A DNA stretch of 63,518 nucleotides, from NCBI GenBank assembly GCA_040398185.1, contig JBBAUO010000021.1:1-63518 (forward strand). The letters run 5' to 3'. The DNA is from Microcystaceae cyanobacterium. Lineage in GTDB: Bacteria > Cyanobacteriota > Cyanobacteriia > Cyanobacteriales > Microcystaceae. This document shows positions 20,073 through 29,628 of this stretch, one piece after another; position 1 is the first letter of the stretch; every line of letters starts with the position of its first letter. Under the pieces are notes generated by a model, which saw only the letters and a list, made by a program, of their open reading frames with translations, was not told the origin of the DNA and searched no databases. A program made the translations under genes and the position numbers.

Positions 20073-20972
20073 ATGACCGAGAAAATGGCTTATTTACGCC
20101 CCGACATTGCCCTAGCTCCTCTGACTACCTACCGTGTCGGCGGAGTAGCCCAGTGGTATGCCGATCCCCGCAATGAGGAAGAACTCAGAGCTACCTTTGC
20201 TTGGTTTCGCTCCCAAAACTTACCCCTCACCCTCCTAGGCGCCGGTTCCAATCTTTTAATTAGCGATCGCGGTTTACCAGGACTTGTGATCAGCACTCGC
20301 CATCTACGTCGTTGTACCCTAGACTCCGTAAGAACACAGATTACAGTCGCTGCGGGGGAATTTCTGCCAAAAGTTGCCTGGAAAGCCGCCAGGCGTGGTT
20401 GGAAGGGCTTGGAATGGGCTGTAGGTATCCCCGGCAGTGTGGGGGGGGCGGTAGTCATGAATGCGGGAGCCCATGGCAGTTGTATTGCTAATAGTTTGGT
20501 GGAGGCTGTGGTTCTCTGTCCTGACGGTAGTATAGAAATACTGACTCCCGAAGAATTAAATTATAGTTACCGCACTTCTTCTTTGCAGGGTTCAGGGCGA
20601 TTAGTGGTGGAAGCGACATTTCAACTAGAGCCTGGTTTTTCTGGCGTTAAAATGATGGAAGTGACCCAAAACAATCTCAACCAGCGCAAAATCTCTCAAC
20701 CCTACGATCGCCCCAGTTGTGGGAGTGTCTTTCGCAATCCTACCCCCTACGCTGCGGGTAAGTTGATTGAAGAATTGGGCTTAAAAGGCTACCGCATTGG
20801 GGATGCTGAGGTTTCCCATCGCCATGCTAATTTTATTTTGAACTGCGGTCAAGCCAAAGCCGAAGATATTTTGCGTCTAATTCGTCATGTTCAAGAGCAA
20901 GTCTCAAACCGCTGGTCCTTGGAGCTAGAGCCAGAGGTTAAAATTTTAGGAGATTTTGAATTAGTCTCCTAA
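20073..20972 (+). CDS. murB: UDP-N-acetylenolpyruvoylglucosamine reductase MurB
   Basis: FAD-binding 'GAGSNLL', C-terminal 'SCGSVFRNP'. 299 aa. Downstream of murC. Confidence 0.9.
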   Translation: MTEKMAYLRPDIALAPLTTYRVGGVAQWYADPRNEEELRATFAWFRSQNLPLTLLGAGSNLLISDRGLPGLVISTRHLRRCTLDSVRTQITVAAGEFLPKVAWKAARRGWKGLEWAVGIPGSVGGAVVMNAGAHGSCIANSLVEAVVLCPDGSIEILTPEELNYSYRTSSLQGSGRLVVEATFQLEPGFSGVKMMEVTQNNLNQRKISQPYDRPSCGSVFRNPTPYAAGKLIEELGLKGYRIGDAEVSHRHANFILNCGQAKAEDILRLIRHVQEQVSNRWSLELEPEVKILGDFELVS

Positions 20973-21023
20973 AAACGTGGCAATATTAAGATCAGTCTCA
21001 CCCATTTAATAATCAATCGCAAT

Positions 21024-21365
21024 ATGTCACAGCAAGGATTTGGATTCGGTTTAGGAAAAATTAAAGAACTTCAGGAAGCCTTCAAAAAAGCCCAACAGGT
21101 CCAAGAAGGGGCTAAGGTACTACAGGAAGAACTAGAACAGATGGTGGTGACGGGGAAAAGCTCCGATGGCTCCGTGACGGTTTCCATGAGCGGCAATCAA
21201 GAGCCCCGCGGTGTAGAAATCGCCCCCCAAGCTCTAGAGAAAGGGGCCCAAGTGCTAGGTGAGTTGATCACAGAAGCTATGCACAACGCCTACATAACTT
21301 CTACGGAAACTATGCGCGCCAAGATGGAAGACCTCACCAGTGGCTTAAATCTCCCTGGACTCTAG
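21024..21365 (+). CDS. ybaB: YbaB/EbfC nucleoid-associated protein
   Basis: 113 aa. 'KIKELQEAFKKAQQVQEGAKVLQEEL...VTGKSSDGSVTVSMSGNQE' matches YbaB. Confidence 0.9.
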   Translation: MSQQGFGFGLGKIKELQEAFKKAQQVQEGAKVLQEELEQMVVTGKSSDGSVTVSMSGNQEPRGVEIAPQALEKGAQVLGELITEAMHNAYITSTETMRAKMEDLTSGLNLPGL

Positions 21366-21413
21366 AATCTGTTCAAGGGGGCAGAGAAAAAACTAGCTTC
21401 TTCTCTGTTGCCC

Positions 21414-22814
21414 TTAATCTTTTAAATAGAAGTTCTCCGGGATAATCTGCATTTTTTCCCAATTCGTGAGGGTATTGTAAAACTCAAGGGCGATCGCTTG
21501 GTTAGCCTTGTCGCTCAGATGAATAGTCCCCGTGAAGGAATTTTTAGGAAGATTTGGGCCCGGTCCGTAGAAGTTTTTAACTTTAACCTGATTGGGATAG
21601 TTTTTAGCAATAGCAGAACCTTCTTGAATCAACTTTTTATAAGCCTTAGGCATTCTTTGTAAATAGTCTTTTTCCAACTGTTGCTGTAGGGCTTTTTCTT
21701 GGGGAGATAGCTGTTCAACCCGACGACCTGTAATCTCAGGTTGAAAAGCAATCACAACGGGAATATTCAATCTAGCACCTAGCTGAACTAGGGCTTTTTG
21801 CTGTTGTTTATAACGCTCAATGCGTCGTTTTAACTCGGCATCATCCTTCGGTAAAGACTGGGACAAAGAGCCATTTATCACGGTCATAGGTAGAGTCTGT
21901 TGGGCTAGACTTGGCTGAGGTTTAAAAGCCAAATAGTTGAAAGTTTTGACAATATAAGTATTATCAAACCAGTGAAATAAAGAGAGGTTAAATGCTGATT
22001 TGAAATGCTCTTGGGCATTAGCCAAGAAACCATCTATATGGGGAATATCTGCCTGTTCCTGTTGGCTGGATAACAACAAATCCGTATAGCCCCCTAGCAC
22101 AATAATCACATCCGGTTGATAGGGAAGTACCTTTAAAGCCAATTGAGAGAGATCATTACCCATGGTATAGCCAGGCACCCCCCCATTAATCACCCGATAT
22201 TCTCCTGGGTGAATTTTAGCGGGTAATGGTAATAACTTAGCTCGGTCGGGTTTAAAAAACGGAAAAACATCCGGGCGAAACTTCTCCGGAGAATTGACTT
22301 GGCTAGAAATGCGTTGTTGTAGGAGTTTTTCTAAGTGATGACTGATAGTTTCCTCATTTTTGGCTAATCCCTGACCAAAAACGGTGGAATTGCCGAGAAC
22401 AAAAACACGAATTTCATTTTTAGGCTTAACTAAACCTAGGGATTGACTATCCCTAAAACCCTGGGGATTGATGCCAATAAATTGATTTTTTTGGTTTTCA
22501 ACTAACTCATAGCCCACCGAGGAACTGCGTTTGACCTGTAAATCACCGTCTTGGGGGATTCCTTGAATAGCTTTTTCGTTTTGAGTGACAAATTTGAGGC
22601 GATAGGCATCATCTAGGGGAGAGTTGCCCTTTAAATCGCTGTTGGGACTCGTAATCCCCAGATACATCCGTGCCCCTAGCTCTAACAGTAAAATTAAGAC
22701 CGGAATAGATAAACCTAACCACCAGGCGGGAATTTTTTGATATTGTTTGGGTTTTCGGTAATAGGGACTCCTGTAGGATGAGTAGGTAGGACGACGACGG
22801 GGTAATTTTAGCAT
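21414..22814 (-). CDS. SGNH/GDSL-type hydrolase with N-terminal membrane anchor
   Basis: TM segment 'WWLGLSIPVLILLLEL', block I 'VFVLGNSTVFGQG' and later 'GGVPGYT' / 'IVLGGYTDL' SGNH blocks. Confidence 0.55.
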   Translation of the reverse strand: MLKLPRRRPTYSSYRSPYYRKPKQYQKIPAWWLGLSIPVLILLLELGARMYLGITSPNSDLKGNSPLDDAYRLKFVTQNEKAIQGIPQDGDLQVKRSSSVGYELVENQKNQFIGINPQGFRDSQSLGLVKPKNEIRVFVLGNSTVFGQGLAKNEETISHHLEKLLQQRISSQVNSPEKFRPDVFPFFKPDRAKLLPLPAKIHPGEYRVINGGVPGYTMGNDLSQLALKVLPYQPDVIIVLGGYTDLLLSSQQEQADIPHIDGFLANAQEHFKSAFNLSLFHWFDNTYIVKTFNYLAFKPQPSLAQQTLPMTVINGSLSQSLPKDDAELKRRIERYKQQQKALVQLGARLNIPVVIAFQPEITGRRVEQLSPQEKALQQQLEKDYLQRMPKAYKKLIQEGSAIAKNYPNQVKVKNFYGPGPNLPKNSFTGTIHLSDKANQAIALEFYNTLTNWEKMQIIPENFYLKD

Positions 22815-22966
22815 TTAGATATGTTCCTCAAATTAATCTGGGGTTCCATGGGCATAGAAACCGCAATAAGATAGGTGGTTTGGAAATCTCGACCGATCCC
22901 TTAGTTATGTTGACGTAAAATCTCGCTATAATTCTTCAATCCGAGAGAATTTTTTTTTGATCATCC

Positions 22967-23440
22967 ATGGCCTATAAAATATTGTTCGTTTGTCTAGGCA
23001 ATATTTGCCGCTCCCCAACGGCTGAGAACATCATGAATCATCTGATTGGGCAAGCTAACTTACATTCTGAGATTATCTGTGACTCGGCTGGCACATCTCG
23101 TTATCATATCGGTTCTGTACCCGATCGCCGAATGACATCAGCAGTCCTAAAACGGGGAATACCGATGAATGGTACAGCTAGACAGTTTAAAGCTACTGAT
23201 TTTCAACAATTCGACTTAATTTTGGCTATGGATCGCCAGAACTACCAAGATATTCTTGACCTCGATCCCCAGGGGCTCTATAAAGATAAAGTCCGCATGA
23301 TGTGCGACTACACTCGCCAATCTACTCTTAAGGAAGTACCTGATCCCTACTATGGCGGACAAGAAGGCTTTGAGCGGGTGATAGACCTTCTTCTCGATGC
23401 CTGTGGGGGTTTACTAGACGAGGTAAAAACCCAAGTTTAA
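22967..23440 (+). CDS. low-molecular-weight protein-tyrosine phosphatase
   Basis: 'VCLGNICRSP' P-loop and 'DPYY' motif. 157 aa. Confidence 0.9.
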   Translation: MAYKILFVCLGNICRSPTAENIMNHLIGQANLHSEIICDSAGTSRYHIGSVPDRRMTSAVLKRGIPMNGTARQFKATDFQQFDLILAMDRQNYQDILDLDPQGLYKDKVRMMCDYTRQSTLKEVPDPYYGGQEGFERVIDLLLDACGGLLDEVKTQV

Positions 23441-24747
23441 GGCTGCTCCATAAAGGTTCTCACCGTGCGATCGGGACTTAAAACTAGGCGAATTTCTGGA
23501 TTTTGTTGCAGAGATGGTTCTAGCTCCGAGACAAAAGGCTCTCCTAAGAGGGGCATAGCCGTCCGATCTAAATAGATTTTAGCCGCCTGACCTAGGGGGG
23601 TAACACGCTCAAGGGAGCCGTCCTTACTAAGGGTTAAACGATATTCTAGGGTTTGTTTTAAGCTTTCTGGGGGCTGCCACCGGGCTTGGAAATACTGCCG
23701 AACTTCCGCTACCTGGGGGATAGTATCCAACAAACTGGGTTGCGTTACCTTTGCCCGTTGATCAGCACTTGGTAGATTAGTCGTCTCAGACTTGGGCGCT
23801 TGTAAAGAGGGTAGTTTGGGCAGGGTAGGCAGAGGCGGGTTAAGGTTGACAGTCCCAGGGGTAAGCTCGGCTGGTGCCCTTGTTGTCCCACCCTGGGCAG
23901 GAACGGGGGGTAGAGGGGCAATCACTATGGCCGTTGGCGCAGGAGAAATCCCAGGGGGTGGGGGAAGTACGGGCGGGGGCGGCACAGTTATAGCAATATT
24001 CGGATTGCGAGCAGGACTGGGTAAGGGTTGAATCCCCCCAGGAGGTGGTAGGGGTTTGATGTCAGAAATTGTCGGGGGAAGCGTCGGGGAAGGTAGGGGA
24101 GCGGGGGGTAGGGGAACGGAGGGAATTTCTAAACTCTCGGGATTTATATTCCTAGGGACAGGTGGCAGGGTATTTTTAGCAATTCGAGCTAATTGGGTTT
24201 GTTGCCAATAACGAACGCCAAGGGGTAGCCCGAAGGCAAGGATCAACGCGGCGGCAGTTGCAGACCAAGTTAAAAGGGCTTTGCGGGGTAGGCTTTTGTC
24301 AAGTTTTGGTAGGACTGCTGATTCTTGGCTATATTCGTCTAGGGCGTTGGCTAAATCAAATAATTGGGTAATACTCAGGTTGAGGGTTTCTGGAGGGGTA
24401 CTCAGGGCTAGGGAGTCTAGGGATAATTGGTGTTGCGTTAGTTCTTGGATCGGGCTAGTCATATTTTCCCGAAACTGAAGTAAGTTCTGCGTATAATTGC
24501 TGACAACATCGCAGAGGCTTTGCAATTGATAGCTAGAGCCTTTAATTACTAGGGGTTCTCGTTCTGTTTGTCTGGGATCGTCTAGATATAACTGGAAACC
24601 CACGTCTTTTAGGAGATTCCGTCCTGCCCACAGGGATAAAGGCGATCGCTTTCCCCAAATTTCTAGGGTACAGGTTGGCGGGGTATAGCGGCGAATGAGG
24701 GCGTTAGTAGACAGCATAGGGTAATTTATGGGAGTAGGGCTAACCAC
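23437..24747 (-). CDS. DUF4335-like protein with long Pro-rich linker
   Basis: Conserved N-terminal domain ('YTPPTCTLEIWGKRSPLSLWAGR'), one TM, Pro-rich low-complexity stretch, conserved C-terminal domain. Confidence 0.45.
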   Translation of the reverse strand: MVSPTPINYPMLSTNALIRRYTPPTCTLEIWGKRSPLSLWAGRNLLKDVGFQLYLDDPRQTEREPLVIKGSSYQLQSLCDVVSNYTQNLLQFRENMTSPIQELTQHQLSLDSLALSTPPETLNLSITQLFDLANALDEYSQESAVLPKLDKSLPRKALLTWSATAAALILAFGLPLGVRYWQQTQLARIAKNTLPPVPRNINPESLEIPSVPLPPAPLPSPTLPPTISDIKPLPPPGGIQPLPSPARNPNIAITVPPPPVLPPPPGISPAPTAIVIAPLPPVPAQGGTTRAPAELTPGTVNLNPPLPTLPKLPSLQAPKSETTNLPSADQRAKVTQPSLLDTIPQVAEVRQYFQARWQPPESLKQTLEYRLTLSKDGSLERVTPLGQAAKIYLDRTAMPLLGEPFVSELEPSLQQNPEIRLVLSPDRTVRTFMEQP

Positions 24748-25310
24748 AACCGACGATGACCGTTGCGGCTACTGTAAAAAAGCAGATCGATCATCAGTTT
24801 AAAAGCAATCTCTGTCAGTTGACCAGAAGTGAGGCTTTCTCCCTGTTCAATTCGTTCTTGGTATAGCTGGCTAAAACTATCCAAATAATCCCCCAGTAGA
24901 GCAATGCGGTGGGGTGCTTGCCCCTGGTTGCCTACCTGCTCTAGTAGGGATACAGAACGCCGAATTAACTCCTGATTTTGACTCGCCAAATGGCAAATAA
25001 TCAAAACCAGCGATCGCGCTTCTTCTACATCTAGTTTCTTGCGTCCGCCTGAGCCTTTGCGTAAAGGGTTGGACTGTCTAAGCCGCCAGAGAGCCACCCG
25101 ATCAGCTACCATACCCTCTAAATTGAGGACTTGGGCTGCTTGTAGTATGGCTTCTGAGCCTATTTTAGCCAAGGCTTCCAGAGCCATCAAAAGCAGATCC
25201 AGATGGGTTTTAATATTGTCCAACTGTCCCTCATCCGGGGGGGACTCCAGGGGCAATTGTTGCCATTGACTGACAGGGGACGAGGTTTTGACCGTTGGGT
25301 ACATAGACAC
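24726..25310 (-). CDS. DUF3038-like conserved cyanobacterial protein
   Basis: 194 aa, helical. Its stop overlaps the start of the DUF4335-like gene by 22 bp, suggesting a translationally coupled pair. Confidence 0.45.
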   Translation of the reverse strand: MSMYPTVKTSSPVSQWQQLPLESPPDEGQLDNIKTHLDLLLMALEALAKIGSEAILQAAQVLNLEGMVADRVALWRLRQSNPLRKGSGGRKKLDVEEARSLVLIICHLASQNQELIRRSVSLLEQVGNQGQAPHRIALLGDYLDSFSQLYQERIEQGESLTSGQLTEIAFKLMIDLLFYSSRNGHRRLWLALLP

Positions 25311-25379
25311 TCAGGCGGGGATTCAACTATTCTAAACTGAGTCTATATTAGATCATGGTACTTTATCTGGAGCTATTAG

Positions 25380-26954
25380 ATGGGTTTTGAATCTGCCGCC
25401 GACGTAACCATTAAACAAAGTTTAGAACAATTTCTAGTCGTCCTTGCTGTTTCTTTGAGTGTCGCCACTGTTTCCCGTATTTTTAGCTGGTTACGTCAGA
25501 TTCCCTACACCTTACTCCTAGTTATCGTCGGCTTAGGGTTATCTTTTATTGATATTCGTCTGGTTAACCTCTCCCCGGAATTAATTCTCGAAATTTTTCT
25601 ACCCCCGCTTTTATTTGAAGCAGCCTGGAATACTCGCTGGCGGGATCTCAAAAGCTATTGGATACCTGTCACACTTTTTGCCATAGGTGGTGTGATTATT
25701 TCCATTGCCGGAGTCGCTTTTCCTTTGAGCTTTTTTACATCCTTACCCATCACCATCTCCCTCCTAGTTGGGGCTAGTCTTTCTTCTACAGATCCCATTG
25801 CTGTGGTCGCTCTTTTTAAGGATTTAGGTGCTAGTAAAAAACTCCTGACTTTAATGGAAGGTGAAAGTTTATTTAATGATGGTGTTGCCGTCGTTGCCTT
25901 TGTGGTATTAGTCGGCTTAACTATGGGGATGAAGGGCATTTCTGTTGCCAATACCGTCTCCTCGGTTCTGGCTTTTATTGGCATTGGTGCCGGGGTTGGT
26001 TTATTAATTGGCTTTGGTATTTCCTATCTTACCCAACGTTTAGATTTACCCCTAGTTGAGCAGTCTTTAACTTTAGTTTCTGCCTACGGAACCTATCTAA
26101 TAACCGAAGAGTTTGGCGGCTCAGGGGTTATTGGAGTCGTCACCCTAGGGATTATTTTAGGAAATTTTGGCTCTCGGATTGGCATGAATCCCCGTACCCG
26201 TTTATTGGTGTCTGAGTTTTGGGAGTTTCTAGCTTTCTTTGTTAATTCGATTGTTTTTTTGTTGATTGGCGATCAAATTCAAGTAATTAGTTTACTAGAT
26301 AATTTTAGACTAATTCTGATTGCTATTGCGGCGGTTATAGTTTCTCGATTGGTTACTATTTTTGGCTTGGGAGCGATTAGTAACCTAATTAGTGCTACTA
26401 AAATTGAAGGCAAAGAAGCCACGGTTTTGTGGTGGAGTGGATTAAGGGGCTCTGTTTCCATTGCTCTAGCTTTGAGTGTTCCCGAAACCCTACCTGGGAG
26501 ACAGTCAATTATTGAAACGGTTTTTGGTGTGGTTTTATTTACTTTATTAGTTCAGGGTTTAACCACCCAATGGCTTTTAGAAAAACTAGATTTAGTTGGG
26601 GATAATCCTATTCGTCAAACCTATTCGGAACTCCTAGCACGGCGAGTGGCTTTAAAGCGAGTTTTGGACTATATTGAAAAGCTAGATAAATCCCCTGATA
26701 TTGACGGAGAATTTTATATATATGAGCAGAAATTAGTTGAGGAACAATTGAAAATTATAGAGGAAAAGATTCGAGAATGTAATGCCAAATATCCGCAATT
26801 GCAGTTTTTAATGATGGAACAATTCCGAGAAACCTTGTTAGATATTGAAGCAGACACCTACGCTGAGTTTATCAGGTCAGGGCGCTTGAATAGTAATCTT
26901 TCTACTGTTTTACAAGATATTTTAGTGGATTCCCAAGAAAAAGTAGAATACTAA
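25380..26954 (+). CDS. Na+/H+ antiporter, CPA1 (NhaP-type) family
   Basis: ~11 TM helices with 'LSSTDPIAV' and 'ESLFNDG' CPA1 motifs plus a cytoplasmic C-terminal regulatory tail. Confidence 0.85.
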   Translation: MGFESAADVTIKQSLEQFLVVLAVSLSVATVSRIFSWLRQIPYTLLLVIVGLGLSFIDIRLVNLSPELILEIFLPPLLFEAAWNTRWRDLKSYWIPVTLFAIGGVIISIAGVAFPLSFFTSLPITISLLVGASLSSTDPIAVVALFKDLGASKKLLTLMEGESLFNDGVAVVAFVVLVGLTMGMKGISVANTVSSVLAFIGIGAGVGLLIGFGISYLTQRLDLPLVEQSLTLVSAYGTYLITEEFGGSGVIGVVTLGIILGNFGSRIGMNPRTRLLVSEFWEFLAFFVNSIVFLLIGDQIQVISLLDNFRLILIAIAAVIVSRLVTIFGLGAISNLISATKIEGKEATVLWWSGLRGSVSIALALSVPETLPGRQSIIETVFGVVLFTLLVQGLTTQWLLEKLDLVGDNPIRQTYSELLARRVALKRVLDYIEKLDKSPDIDGEFYIYEQKLVEEQLKIIEEKIRECNAKYPQLQFLMMEQFRETLLDIEADTYAEFIRSGRLNSNLSTVLQDILVDSQEKVEY

Positions 26955-26955
26955 T

Positions 26956-27744
26956 CTAAGCTCCCATGCCTGAATAATGTTGTAATCCCTTACGCCAGAG
27001 CCAACGATTCAGAAAATAAAAGATCATTCCCCAGGCAATTATAATTAAAAATCCCTTGCCTACAGCAACGGGGAAACCCACCAATAATGCTGCGGGAAAG
27101 TAAACAAGATAGGGTAAAGGAGTCCAAAGAATAAACTCTCTTACCCCTGGGGGGAAAACCGTCAAGGGCGCAATGATTCCCGATAAAAACACATAGAATA
27201 AAAACCAAAAACTTTCAATGGCATTAGCTCTTTCTGTCCAAAAAGCTAACATGGCAAAGGTATATTGAATAATAAAACGCAGAGCAAAAGCCATAACTAT
27301 AGCTACTATACCTAAAACTAAGTTTTGGAAGTTAGGAATCCAAAAAGCTTCGGGATAGAGACAGAAAAAAATCAAAATAAAGCCTAACATAAATGGAAAT
27401 CTGGTTACTTTTTCAGCTATATGACTACTAATATGATGCCAAACTGGATCTAGGGGTTGTAGTAGGTGGAAAGATAGTTTTCCTTCTGTGATTTCTTTTT
27501 CAAACTCCCAAATTACCCAAACAATAGTAAATTGACGTACCAGAAAAACTGCAAAAAAATAGCGAGCAAATTCTGTAGAAGTCAGAGCAAAATTACCACT
27601 TTGTGCTGCTTTTATCCAAACACCCATTAAAATAATTGGCAGGGAACCAGCAAGAGCCCAAAGAAAGATTTCAGCCCGGTACTCTAACATATTGGCATAG
27701 TAGGTAACGAAGAAAGCTCTTGCTTTTTTGTAAATTCCGTACAT
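26956..27744 (-). CDS. ABC-2 family transporter permease
   Basis: 262 aa, six TM helices in ABC-2 arrangement. AT-rich codon usage. Confidence 0.6.
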   Translation of the reverse strand: MYGIYKKARAFFVTYYANMLEYRAEIFLWALAGSLPIILMGVWIKAAQSGNFALTSTEFARYFFAVFLVRQFTIVWVIWEFEKEITEGKLSFHLLQPLDPVWHHISSHIAEKVTRFPFMLGFILIFFCLYPEAFWIPNFQNLVLGIVAIVMAFALRFIIQYTFAMLAFWTERANAIESFWFLFYVFLSGIIAPLTVFPPGVREFILWTPLPYLVYFPAALLVGFPVAVGKGFLIIIAWGMIFYFLNRWLWRKGLQHYSGMGA

Positions 27745-27805
27745 TAGACCTCTCGCATAAGTTAAATATCAACAGCTGTGGCTTTTACAGTTAAATTAAT
27801 CGTCA

Positions 27806-28168
27806 TTAGGCACAAATCACGTCAGCTTCTTCAGCTTGTTCTGTCAACACCATATCTACCGCTTGTCGGAAGGTAGCATCGGAGTAGTAGCGTTTAGCAT
27901 TTTCAATCACTACCTTGAGTACCTGCATCCCAACGGGGTTAAGGTTGGAGATGGATAAAAGACGGTTTAGTGCCTTGGGTTGAATATCCCGCAGTAGTTG
28001 CCCAATAGCAAAGTTGAAAAAGGTCGAAATACAGACTTTCACCCCAGTAAAATCCAGTTCTACGGGGATATTGTCTACTAACTGAGGATGAATGAGGTCA
28101 TAGATTTTTTGCCCCTCGTCGGGAGTCATGCAGTTTTCACCGATGATAGTGTGAATCTTGTATCCCAT
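27806..28168 (-). CDS. STAS-like domain protein (DUF4325)
   Basis: 120-aa soluble ORF preceded by GGAGGA SD. STAS-like alpha/beta pattern. No partner ATPase/kinase nearby, so it is an orphan. Confidence 0.45.
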   Translation of the reverse strand: MGYKIHTIIGENCMTPDEGQKIYDLIHPQLVDNIPVELDFTGVKVCISTFFNFAIGQLLRDIQPKALNRLLSISNLNPVGMQVLKVVIENAKRYYSDATFRQAVDMVLTEQAEEADVICA

Positions 28169-28396
28169 GTTCTTTATCCTCCTTTTAGGATGTTGTTTGG
28201 CAAACGGAGTGCGGAAGTAACGCTGTGTGTACAGTTAGAATTATGTAATTATATTATCACAACTTAAGCAGAGGACTTATTCGCCAAAGGCTTTAGTCAT
28301 ATCAAACTCATAACAATCCTAGGGATTAATCTGTTCAGAAAGAGCCGAAAATAGAGGAGGAAATCTACTTTATTAACAACTGAAGCTATCTAATTA

Positions 28397-28620
28397 ATTA
28401 GGAAGCATCTTCGGTATAAGCTTATATGTTGCTTCATTTTGTTCTTGAGCTTCCTGCAAATCGTATTGAGCTTGTAAATTGAGCCAGAATTGAGCACTGT
28501 ACATCAGTCTGATAAGCGGTAATCAAAAAACCATCTCCATTTAGGCGGCGAGCAACGGCAACCGCCCATCGTCTTTCCTTGAGGACGAGGTAAAAAAGCA
28601 ATACATTAGGGTCGCAGCTA
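28397..28620 (-). pseudogene. HigA-family (XRE-type) antitoxin remnant
   Basis: Minus-strand translation gives '...RRLNGDGFLITAYQTDVQ[C]SAQFWLNLQAQYDLQEAQEQ...*'. The C-terminal 'SAEFWLNLQ.NYDL' signature of HigA antidotes is intact. The HTH part is shortened, with in-frame stops further upstream. No recognisable higB. Confidence 0.35.
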
Positions 28621-28627
28621 CTGCGAC
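28611..28627. repeat. perfect 7-bp stem hairpin GTCGCAG-cta-CTGCGAC
   Basis: Seen directly, at the upstream edge of the higA-like remnant. Could be a terminator/REP-like element. Confidence 0.4.
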
Positions 28628-28998
28628 TTAGTGTAAGCTATTGGGAGATTTACCCTAACGTTAGAGCTCCTGAGCCACGCCATTTTTAACAATGGCATTA
28701 ACAAATTTACAACAACATCCCCAATTCATGCAACACCAAGAACCTCAGTTTCTCATAAAACTGGCGAGGTTCAAATTGAGGTAACACTTTGGTGAAAAAA
28801 TCCCCTTCATCCAGAACATTCGTCCTAAGTAATTGGACTGATGAAGGAAACCCGCAACCGGTTGCAAAAAAGAAAATGGGTCACTTGGGAGTAATATCTC
28901 AGTCTGGTGACACGAACCCGATATTTACACCTTGTTGATATCCCTCCCAAATAGTGCTACATTAAAGTTCTTGCTAAATAAGTCTAGGTAGGATAATC

Positions 28999-29313
28999 AT
29001 GAATACCAAAGTTTTGGGGATAAGTGTTTTTGTTACGACGATTTTAGCCCCACAAGTTGCTATAGCGGGCCCTATTTTAGTGCATCAATTTGAGAGAACT
29101 CCATATGGACCTCTGATATGCGCTGACAGGGCTGTTAATATACTTGGCAATATCGGTGCAACTAAAATATCAAATATAGCACCTGGTTTCTTCATCGCAC
29201 GTCTTCAAAATGCCTCAATCGAGATTATTTGTAGAGGTGGAGAAGTATTAGTTATTGTGGCTGGGCCTCCTTATGCTGAAGCAATTTTAAGAGATTTAAT
29301 TAGGGTATTCTAA
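28999..29313 (+). CDS. small secreted protein of unknown function
   Basis: 104 aa. N-terminal signal peptide 'MNTKVLGISVFVTTILAPQVAIAG|P', two Cys. Located in an AT-rich patch. Confidence 0.5.
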   Translation: MNTKVLGISVFVTTILAPQVAIAGPILVHQFERTPYGPLICADRAVNILGNIGATKISNIAPGFFIARLQNASIEIICRGGEVLVIVAGPPYAEAILRDLIRVF

Positions 29314-29349
29314 ATTGGGATATGTAAAGTCTTATAAAAGTATAAAACA

Positions 29350-29580
29350 ATGACACGGATTCCCTTAACAGAAGCTCAACTCCGTTTACCCGAATTGATT
29401 GCCAGTCTGCAACCCGGTGAAGAAGTGCAGATTTTTTCCGGCGATCGCACTGTCGCCAGACTGATTAGCGAACTCCAACCACCCCGGAAGCCTCGCCAGC
29501 CTGGTAGCGCAATTGGAACCCTAACCATCCTCTCCGAAGACGAAATCCACTTGGAAGCCTTACCAACCTCACTGGTGTAG
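29350..29580 (+). CDS. Phd/YefM-VapB-type antitoxin (orphan)
   Basis: 76 aa. 'IPLTEAQLRLPELIASLQPGEEVQIF..DRTVARLI' N-domain and C-terminal 'RQPGSAIGTLTILSEDEIHLEAL' match the cyanobacterial Phd-like antitoxin family that normally precedes a PIN/VapC toxin. No toxin follows here. Confidence 0.6.
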   Translation: MTRIPLTEAQLRLPELIASLQPGEEVQIFSGDRTVARLISELQPPRKPRQPGSAIGTLTILSEDEIHLEALPTSLV

Positions 29581-29628
29581 TCTGAAAGTCTGATAATCCC
29601 ACTTTCCCACTTGACTCTATAAATCAAA

